This document shows, piece by piece, positions 37,764 to 47,137 of a stretch of 64,000 nucleotides of DNA. Position numbers and translations under genes: made by a program. The stretch is taken from the NCBI GenBank assembly GCA_964016885.1, contig OZ024740.1, forward strand, positions 406,720,001 to 406,784,000, in the 5' to 3' direction. Position 1 is the stretch's first letter; each line of letters begins with the position of its first letter. This stretch comes from Eledone cirrhosa. Taxonomy: Eukaryota. The notes beneath the pieces were generated by a model that was not told the DNA's origin, did not search any database, and worked only from the letters and a program-made list of their open reading frames with translations.

Positions 37764-40138
37764 ATGGATTATTACAACATAACCAATTCAACTAAAGACA
37801 TTCCTATACCTGGTAAATCTGAATTCACCAAACTTCTTATTGAAAAAACTGACTCCTTCGTAAGAAGACTTAGATGGACAGCCTATTTCTATGACCAGCG
37901 CCTAAAAGGGAACTTTCATACCAAAGAACACAACTTCCTCGATCATCTTTTTAATTCTAGACGAAATCCTCCTTCCAACAAAAATCTAGTACAATTCGAG
38001 GAAGAATTAACTAAAATAATAAAAAATCTTAAATTCAAGAGATACCCTTACAAAGGACAAGAGCACCTTGTAAATCTCAAGAACACAATCTCTAACCTAA
38101 ATTCCTCAAAAAATGTTTTAGTCCACTCTGACAAAACCAATAACCTATATGGTATTTCCAAGGATAATTATAACAACCTTATCCTAAAGGAACTTAGGAA
38201 AAAGTATCGTAAAACCAACCATGAAAATTTAGAATGCATAAACCTTGAAGCCTATGAGATTATGTCAAAACTTGGCATTGAAAAAAAGACCGAACCATTC
38301 CTCCCAAGAACTCCGAGGATAAATCTCAAGGATCACAAAAACAATTTTCGCACTGAACTACCTGTTAGATTAATCGCCCCCTCTAAATCTGATCTGGGGG
38401 TTGTTAGTAAAGCCATCTTGGATAGGATTATCCCACAGGTTAGTTCTAATTGCTCGTCTTTGAACCTAAATTTATGGTTTGGTACTTCTGAAGTGATTGG
38501 CTGGTTCAACAAATTGGATAATAAAAACAAACTAAAATTTATTCAATTTGATATTGCCAGCTACTATTCCTCCATTTCGCCTTCACTTCTCAATAATGCT
38601 CTATCTTTCGCACTTAAATATTCTGACATTACCACAGATGAACTTCACATCATCCTCACCGCACGTAAAACCATCCTAGAGTTCAACAACGAATATTGGA
38701 CCAGAGCCGATACCTCTAACAACTTCGACATCACAATGGGAGCATCCGATTCATCCCAATTGACTGATTTAATTGGTATTTTCATTTTGAACTCTTTGAG
38801 TCGGAAAATTCCTCAACTTCGCGGTGGAATTTATCGTGACGATGGACTCTTTACTATCCTAAATTGCAATATAGTTAAACTTAATATTATTAAGAACATA
38901 ACGTAAAAATTGAATTTGATAATAGTATCAAACTAGCTAATTTCTTGGATGTATCTCTTAATCTTGACACTGGCCTATATTACCCTTACCATAAAAACAA
39001 TGAGAACCTTAATTATGTTAACTTTAAATCTAACCATCCTACCAATATCAAGAATGCTATAGTTAATAATATTGGAAATAGAATATCTAACATATCTACT
39101 AATAAAAACATCTTTGATGCTAACGCCAATTACTATAATAACGCACTTTCTAAAGCCGGCTATCCAGATAAAATCAAATATAATAAAGAAACAAATTCTA
39201 GAAAAACTTACAGTAGAATAATTAATCATGACCATTCCAATAATTTTAATAAAAGACCTAGATACAAAAACATAATCTGGTATAATGCTCCTTTCTCCAT
39301 CTCTATTAATAACAATATTCCTAAATTATTTTTTAGTGCCTTAAATAAATGCTTCCCTCCCTCACATATCTATAGTAAAATATTTAACAAACACACCATC
39401 AAATTTTCGTATTCTACATCCTCCAATATTTCCAACATCATCTCTAAACACAACAAAATACTAAATACTAATTCTCTTCCTTCCAATATTGAATTTCATA
39501 ATAACAGTAATAGTACTCCCGACGTCATTGTAAACCCTAGGCTAACTTCTGTAAACCCAAATACAACGTCAAACACAACTTCGCTAAATGTTCATAATCC
39601 AACTCTAAATCAAGAAACTATTATTCCTATTATTCCTATCGCAAACAACTTCTCCAATCCAATTCCTTCTATAGATAACACTAGATCACTCATTAATAAT
39701 CTCTCTAATTGCAACTGCCGCATTAAAAATAAATGTCCTCTCAACAACCATTGTCTCGATAAAAACTTAATTTATGAATGTAAAATTATAACTAGCACCA
39801 ATTCCTTCACCTATTTTGGCTCCACTTCCACCTCTTTTAAAGCTCGTCTCTATAATCATCATTCATCTTTCAAATACAAACTTAAAAGAACTAACACTGC
39901 TCTCTCAGAACTCATATGGTCCTTAAAAGACAAAAACATTAAATATACCATCTTTTGGAAGAAGATTTCTTCTGCATTCTCATACTTGAACAGCTCTCTA
40001 TCTAAAATCTGTAATCTCTGCCTAAATGAAAAATTTACCATTATCTCTAACCTAGATTCTATAATAAATAGACGCACAGATTTGTTTTCTATCTGCCTGC
40101 ATAAATTTCATAGAACTTTTCACAAAGTATACAGTTAA
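37764..40138 (+). pseudogene. PLE reverse transcriptase + C-terminal GIY-YIG endonuclease, with one frameshifting deletion near 38900
   Basis: RT motifs KDIPIP, FDIASYYSSI, ITMGASDS, GIYRDDGL and FLDV. CNCRIKNKCPLNNHC linker, then IYECKI...YFGST...FKARLYNH...CNLCLNEK (GIY-YIG). Confidence 0.9.
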
Positions 40139-40647
40139 TATTCAATTCTTTATCAATTTAGAATCTTTTCTCAAAGGCACATATACATACACCTCTTTAA
40201 AATATACCCATCTACCTTACTTTAAAGGGCATTATACACTCTATAATACTTGTTTACTCATTACCCTCATTCTATCTTCTTGTAAAATCATAACATTTGT
40301 TTTGACATTAGAATATTCATCCGCAATCATTATTATTTTTTCTCTCTATCATAAATCTTTTTAATCTCAATTTCATCCTTAATTTATTATTATTTTTTTT
40401 TTTTTTTTCTCCCCATCAACGAACTCATTATTAATACATATTAACTCTTTATTCGCATATATTATCAATTCAATCAATATACAAACTTTAACTTCACATT
40501 ATTTTTCTCAAATCCTTCTACACACAAACCTTAACAATTTTTCTCTTCGCTAATTTTGAAATTGCCACAATACATACATTTCTTTTTTTGACGTTAGAAT
40601 ATTCACCCACAATTATTATTTTTTTCTCTCTATCTTCATACATAATT

Positions 40648-41056
40648 TCCCTTCGTTAATTTTCAAATTCCTTTAATTTATACATTATCTTCCAACGGTT
40701 CCCAACCTCTCTATATTAAAACAATATATCTTTTTCTCAGTTATAAAAACTATCTCTTTCTCTCTATCACCCATCTCTCCCTCTCCACCTTCACTCTCAT
40801 CTCCTCCCCCTTTTTTTCATCCTTCCCCCCCCCTCCCTAAATAAAATATTTTTTCCTCGCACATATCCTCCCTTCGTTAATTTTCAAAATTTTTAATTTA
40901 TACAGTATCTTCCAACGGTTTTCAACCTCTCTATGTAAAAAATATATCTCCTCTCAGTTATAAAAACTATCTCTTTCTCTCTATCACCCATCTCTCCCTC
41001 TCATCTCCTTCCCTTTTCATCCTTTCCCCCCCCTCTCTAAATAAAATATTTTTCCC
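40648..41056 (+). repeat. Imperfect ~200-bp tandem duplication in the PLE 3' UTR
   Basis: cccttcgttaattttcaaa...taaataaaatatttt occurs at ~40648 and again at ~40870. Confidence 0.85.
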
Positions 41057-41148
41057 AATATCACACATCAATCTAAAACCACTTTTCATATGTTGATTTA
41101 AAACTGCACTATCCGCAGGTGTTTTTTGGCCTTCATATCGTGTTCTCC

Positions 41149-41220
41149 TGTTTTGTCTGATGAAAACACAAATATTATTGCATGATGATGTTTGTTTTTT
41201 GAGGTGCGCATGGTGAAATA
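41149..41220 (+). ncRNA. Hammerhead ribozyme copy in the 3' pLTR, inactivated by A>G changes
   Basis: Same sequence as 37489-37559, but GAAA>GAGG (41201-41204) and AUA>AUG (41210-41212). Confidence 0.8.
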
Positions 41221-41323
41221 TATGGAGCTCCTTTAACCATCTTTTGATCTTGTATTATATTTATATATATATATGTTTATATGTATATATTTTTATATAT
41301 ATATATTTTTATATATATATATT

Positions 41324-41354
<31 letters not shown>

Positions 41355-41437
41355 ATATATATATTTATATTTGTATAAACAGACTAAATAAAGATGGCGT
41401 AGAAAATACAATGTAACGGGAGGAAACAATAGCACCA

Positions 41438-41473
41438 CTGACGATGTTGCAGGTGTGCAACGAAAGAATTTTG
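41438..41473 (+). ncRNA. Second, unrelated hammerhead-like core (degenerate; probable pLTR fragment of another PLE)
   Basis: CUGACGA-u-GUUGCA-ggug-UGCAAC-GAAA-gaauuu. The stem I partner is not found and the cleavage triplet is non-canonical. Confidence 0.45.
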
Positions 41474-41574
41474 ATAAACTATATATATGTGTTTGTGTCT
41501 ATATTGTATCTGTATTATTTTTGACCGCCGGTCAGTCAATGGCAACATTGAGGACCGAATAAATTAGATTACCG

Positions 41575-41682
41575 ATATAAAGGACACAGAAGCGAAAAGC
41601 GAGAACCAACCAAACAGTGGGTGTGTTCTGTTGTTGATTCTGGCAATGTTACACAAATATGACCCTCCCCAAGTATAACAAT
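41575..41682 (+). repeat. Dispersed repeat with an inverted partner at 43056-43160
   Basis: aatatgaccctccccaagtataacaat is the exact reverse complement of attgttatacttggggagggtcatatt at 43056; homology extends ~105 bp. Confidence 0.85.
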
Positions 41683-41804
41683 ATTTGTTTCGACACACGA
41701 TTTCATATCAAAAACTTCGCAAAACTAATTCATCGCCGTTATATTTATATATATATATATATTTATATATACATATTTATATATATATTTATTTATATAT
41801 ATAT

Positions 41805-41920
41805 ATGAAGCTCACAGTGGAGATGACGAAGGACCGTGACGATTGGAGAGATGCTGTGCTGAATAAGACCCGTCCCACCCTTGCAAGCAGGGAAGAGCGG
41901 ACGTAAAATGATGATGATGA
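41805..41920 (+). mobile_element. RTE LINE 3' fragment (short-tail type) inside (TA)n
   Basis: [25 protein letters not shown] aligns to the RTE ORF C-terminus; ends in cggacgtaaaa(tga)n. Confidence 0.8.
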
Positions 41921-41976
41921 TATATATATATTTATTTATATATATATATATTTATATATATATATATTTATATATT

Positions 41977-42013
<37 letters not shown>

Positions 42014-42138
42014 ATATATTAATTTATATATATATATATTTATTTATATATATATATTTATTTATATATATATATTTATATATATATATATATATTAATT
42101 TATATATATATATATTTATTTATATATATATATATATA

Positions 42139-42486
42139 TCATCATTTCATCATTTCATTTCATTTTACGTCCGCTTTTTCCCTGCTTGCAAGGGTGGGAC
42201 GGGAACTGATTCTGGCTTGATTTCTATAGCTGGATGCCCTTCCTAACACCAACCTCATTTACAGTGAGTGCTTTGTGCTTTTTTCCCGTGGCACCTCCAC
42301 GACCACTTTGCAGTGGAATGATAGGGACCCCAGTCCCTATCATCTCATTTCTACAGCTGAGTAAACTGGATCAATGTGAAATAAAGTGTCTTGCTCAAGG
42401 AAACAACACATCACCCGGTCTGAGAATTGAACTCACAACTTTTCGATTGCAAGCCCAATGCTCTAACCACTAAGCCATGTGCTCCA
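42139..42486 (-). mobile_element. Full-length tRNA-derived SINE with RTE-related tail
   Basis: The minus strand has A box tggcttagtgg, B box gttcaattc, ccttgagcaagacact, ggtgttaggaagggcatccagc and the RTE tail cccgtcccacccttgcaagc...cggacgtaaaatga. Confidence 0.88.
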
Positions 42487-43055
42487 TTATAAAAACCAAA
42501 AGATATATTGACTTTAGGCAAAGAGTTTTATAATATTAGTCATATTGTTCATGCAATAGAATATATCGCCGATGGATAGAAAGCCTAGAAGCATTGTTCA
42601 GAACTGTAGAGTTCGAAAACATACAGTCAAAAGACATCATCATCATCTTTATCATCATTGTTTAACGTCTATCTTCCACGCTAGCATATTTAATCCAAAA
42701 ATATTTAGCTTAAGAAGTTTTTCCTTATGGTTATAATAACATATATATAGTTATTATATATATATATATATATATAGTTATTATATATATATAAATATAT
42801 ATATATAGAAATTACATGAATCAAAGTTCTGTTTAAATCATTTATTTGCTTACAATTGTTTCTTCCAAACCGAGGTAACTGCTCTGTAAAACAACTAATG
42901 TTGTTACATTGGGCTATTTATCTTACTGGTAATAAGATAGTAATAAATTACTGTCTTTCACTATTTAGGGTTTAAAATATATATAACTATAAAAGGTTTT
43001 AGTATATACATAACTATAAATAGTATCCTTAATACTATATATATATATATATATA

Positions 43056-43160
43056 TTGTTATACTTGGGGAGGGTCATATTGTTGTAATAATGTTGCCAG
43101 AAATAGTAGCGGAGCGCACTCGCTGTTTGGTTGGTTTTCACTTCTGCATCTTTTATATCT
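43056..43160 (-). repeat. Inverted partner of 41575-41682
   Basis: See 41575-41682. Confidence 0.85.
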
Positions 43161-43185
43161 CCACAGTTAATTCATTCGGTCCTCG

Positions 43186-43430
43186 GCAAAAAAGCACCCA
43201 GCCCACACTGTAAAGTGGACGTGGAGGTGCCACGGAAAAAAGCACCCAGCACTCACTGTAAATGAGGTTGGTGTTAGGAAGGGCATCCAGCTGTAGAAAT
43301 CAAGCCAGAACCAGTTCCTGTATGAGCAAGGCATGGTCAGCTGACCGGACACTGCCCACAACAGGACAACCCGTCTAACCCATGCTAGCGTGGAAGAACG
43401 GACGTAAAACGGTGATGATGATGATGATGA
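43186..43430 (+). mobile_element. RTE 3' UTR fragment
   Basis: Near-identical to the reverse complement of 59115-59365; has a (GAT)n tail. Confidence 0.88.
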
Positions 43431-43530
43431 TATATATATATATATATACACATATATATATATATACACATGCACATATATATATATCTACATATATATA
43501 TATACATACACATATACATATATATTTATT

Positions 43531-46500
43531 GAACGTAAGGAGGTCGATGTTTGTTGTATTCAAGAGACCAGGTGGAGGGGTGGGTCTGCTAGGTTCATTG
43601 AGGGTAAAAAACGATGTTATAAGGTTTTCTGGGTGGGAAACGACGATGGGCTGGGTGGAGTAGGAATCATGGTAGCAGAAAAGTGGGCAGATAAGATAAT
43701 AGACGTAAATAGAGTGAACGACAGAATAATTAAAATACGACTTGTCCTCAATAGAACTACGGTGACAGTAATATCTGCGTACGCACCCCAATCCGGTCTG
43801 CCCGGCACTATAAAAGACAGATTCTATGAGACACTGATGCTAACTACCTCCCAAATATCCGACAGTGACTATATAATTATCGCAGGCGACCTAAATGGTC
43901 ACGTTGGACAACATTGTGACGGCTACGACGAAATCCATGGAGGCTATGGGTTTGGTACTAGAAATGAGGAAGGCTCCAGAATCCTGGAATTCTGTGATGC
44001 AAATAACCTAACTATCTGTAACACTAACTTCAAAAAACGTGACAATCACCTGATCACCTATAGATCCGGGGAACACACAAGCCAGGTAGATTATATCCTT
44101 ACCAGAAGACGTGACAGAGTGTCTGTTGTAAACACTAAATCCCTCCCCCATGAAGAATGCACCTCCCAACATAGACTGATAATTAGCGACCTCATAGTCA
44201 GGACGAGACGTACTCGACAACAGAAGAGGACTATCCTCAGGAGGAAAATATGGAAGCTAAAGGACCCCACAGCCAGGAATAAATTTCAAAGCATATTACT
44301 TGATGCTTTCGACAGTAAGGAAGAACATTTAGAGTCGGACAATATAGAGGGAGAGTGGGAATTTCTGAAAGCAAACCTGCTGTTGGCGACAGATGAAGTC
44401 TGTGGCTGGAGCAGGCCTGTAGGCAGGAGGAGAGTAACATGGTGGTGGAACAGTAAGGTGGAGGGGTCAATTAAGGCCAAAAAGCAGGCTTGGAAAGTAT
44501 GGCGGGATGGGGGAAGTAGAGAGGACTATCAAGTGGCCAGGAGGGAAGCTAGGAGACAAGTGTACTTAGCAAGAAGGGAAGCTGAGGAAAGAAAGTTCAA
44601 GCATGTTCTACAACGCGATGACCAAAAACGTGAGGTGTTCAGGATTGCTAGGCAATGCGTCAAGGAAAACCGTGATATTGTCGGGGAGAAGTGTGTACTA
44701 AACGACGATGGCACACTTGCCATCACCGACGCTGATAAGAAGGTAGCTTGGAAGTGTCACTATGAAAGGCTACTAAATGAGGAGAATAATTGGGAGAAAG
44801 ACAGTCTCCCCCATATCGACCCAATAGAGGGACCAGCAGTGTTAGTCGAGGGGAGTATAATAAGTAAGGCAATCAAGGATATGAAGACGGGTAAGGCGGC
44901 TGGGCCTTCGGAAATAGTTGCTGAGATGCTGAAGGCATCTGGCACGGTGGGACACACCATGGTCACCCGCATAGTTAACCAAGTCGTACAGAATGGGGTT
45001 GTTCCGAAGGACTGGCATAGCAGCATCATCGTTAACTGTTATAAGGGTAAAGGAGACGCCCTAGATAGGAGTAACTATAGAGGCATTAAATTAATCGACC
45101 AGGTCATGAAGGTCACGGAAAAAGTAATAGCGCAACTAATCAGAGAGAGAATTGACCTAGATGAAATGCAGTTCGGGTTTGTGTCAGGCAAAAGTACCAC
45201 AGACGCTCTTTTCATAGTACGACAACTACAGGAGAAGTACCTAGCTAAAGGTAAACCCCTCTACTTAGCTTTTGTCGACTTGGAGAAAGCCTTCGACAGA
45301 GTCCCCCGCTCCATTATCTGGTGGGCTCTTAGAAAACTAGGCGTTGACGAATGGCTTGTGAGGGCTATACAAGCCATGTATAAAGAAACAGTCAGCAAGG
45401 TTAGAATTAACAACGAATATAGTGAAGAGTTTAGCGTAAAAGTTGGCGTCCATCAGGGCTCTGTTCTCAGCCCCCTACTATTTATTATTGCCCTTCAGGC
45501 TATAACAGAGGAGTTCAAGACAGGCTGCCCATGGGAACTCCTATACGCAGACGACCTGACACTCATAGCGGAATCAATGGCCGAGCTAGAGAAGAAATTC
45601 CAAACATGGAAGCACGGCCTAGAGTCAAAAGGACTTAAAATTAACCTGGCTAAGACCAAAGTACTAGTTTGTAGGAAAGAAAACAAGGCGGCGGTCCCTT
45701 CTGGGAAATGGTCGTGCTCGGTGTGTAGGAAAGGCGTAGGTAGAAACTCCATTTTATGTCCTAAATGCAAAGTATGGGTGCATAAAAGATGTAGTGGGAT
45801 CACAGGTAAGCTAACTAAGAACATAGATTTTACATGTGGCCGGTGCTCTGGTGCAATAAGTAGCAGCAAGTGCCCACAGGATACTAGCTCTTTCAATTGC
45901 GCAGAGGGTTCTATAGAAATAGTGGACAGCTTCCGTTAACTGGGCGATAAAATCAGCAGTGGGGGAGGGTGCTCTGAAAGTACTGTAGCTAGAGTCAGAA
46001 CTGGTTGGAAAAAGTTCAGAGAGCTTATACCACTATTAGCTGCTAAAGGGTTCTCACTAAAAATGAAAGGCAGGTTGTACGATGCCTGCATACGAACAGC
46101 AATGCTGCATGGCAGTGAGACCTGGGCATTGTGTGCAGAGGATATACGCAGACTAGAGAGGAACGAAGCTTGCATGCTCCGCTGGATGTGTAACAGTAAT
46201 ATACGTGAACGGCAAAGCATAAACGAACTAAGGAAAAAATTAGAGATAAGAGGGATCAGATGTTGTTTACTCGAGAGAAGGCTACGTTGGTATGGACACG
46301 TGATGCGCATGAAAGTCGATAGCTGTATAACAAAGTGCAGGGCAATAAAGATAGACGGTAGTCACGGAATAGGCAGACCTAGAAAAACCTGGGACGAGCT
46401 GATAAACTCCGACATCACACACTTACACCTCTCCAAGACAATGTCACTGGACCGAGACCTTTGGCGGTACTCAGTAATAGAGAAGACCCGCCTTACCTAA
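43531..46500 (+). pseudogene. RTE ORF (APE + RT + PHD finger) with a single premature stop at 45937-45939
   Basis: The frame is open from ERKEVDVCCIQETRW at 43531 and contains GDLNGHVG, YRGIKL, QFGF, DLEKAFD, HQGS and YADD. The TAA sits at the codon that is TAC (Tyr) in the minus-strand relative. Confidence 0.93.
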
Positions 46501-46896
46501 ATATATAGTAAAACCTACTCCAGCCAGTAGGCATCTCTAACAAAATACACCCCGTCCCACCACCACCACCCCCACCTGATCCACACCACCCCGTTCTATG
46601 TAAAGTTATGTTGGTGCCGCGCCATCGAGGCCGAAACAAATGAGATCGTGTAGGTGTCACGACAAAAAACACACAGTCCACGCTGTAATGTGGCCGTGTA
46701 GGCAACACGGTAAAAACCTCCCAGACCCACACTGTAAATGTGGTTGGTGTTAGGAAGGGCATCCAACTGTAGAAAACCTGCCAGACAGTCCTATGCGAGC
46801 AAGACAATCACTCTTGCCTCAAGTGGGACTACCCCCGTCCAAACCCATGCAAGCGTGGAACACGGACGTTAAACGTTGATGATGATGATGATGATG
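43531..46896 (+). mobile_element. RTE-clade LINE, slightly 5'-truncated, with (GAT)n tail
   Basis: Single APE-RT reading frame, ~390-bp 3' UTR and tandem-repeat tail. Confidence 0.95.
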
Positions 46897-46962
46897 TCCC
46901 TTTCTTTTGTGCCCTAGTGGCAAATAAACAGAAATTTGTCTGTCTGTCTGTCTGTCTGTCTG
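46894..46962 (+). mobile_element. Orphan Tx1 3' terminus + (TCTG)n directly upstream of copy B
   Basis: atgtccctttcttttgtgccctagtggcaaataaaca matches 52509-52545. Confidence 0.92.
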
Positions 46963-47137
46963 AGGATAGTAGACGTGTTTCATATCGCTCTGTGATTTGG
47001 ATTTTTACCTGCTATTTTTGTGAGTGAATTTTTTTGAATTCTTTTGTATTATTAACTCTAACTCCTAGTCTGGGACTCTAGACGTCGGGTAAATATATTT
47101 TCACCCCTTTTGGGGTGAAAAATTAAATATTTCAGAA

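Larger units (their letters stand above)
37459..41258 (+). mobile_element. Penelope-like retroelement (Naiad-like) with ~139-bp direct pseudo-LTRs (37459-37597 and 41119-41258), inserted in (TA)n
   Basis: RT and GIY-YIG coding region lies between two alignable direct repeats, with TA tracts on both sides. Confidence 0.92.

Noticed and set aside
39700-39760. Selenocysteine recoding, as reported for some Naiad PLEs
   Set aside because: All linker Cys codons are TGC/TGT and there is no in-frame TGA in the ORF.
42400-42486. tRNA gene
   Set aside because: A and B boxes are present but continue into a SINE body and RTE tail; there is no full cloverleaf.
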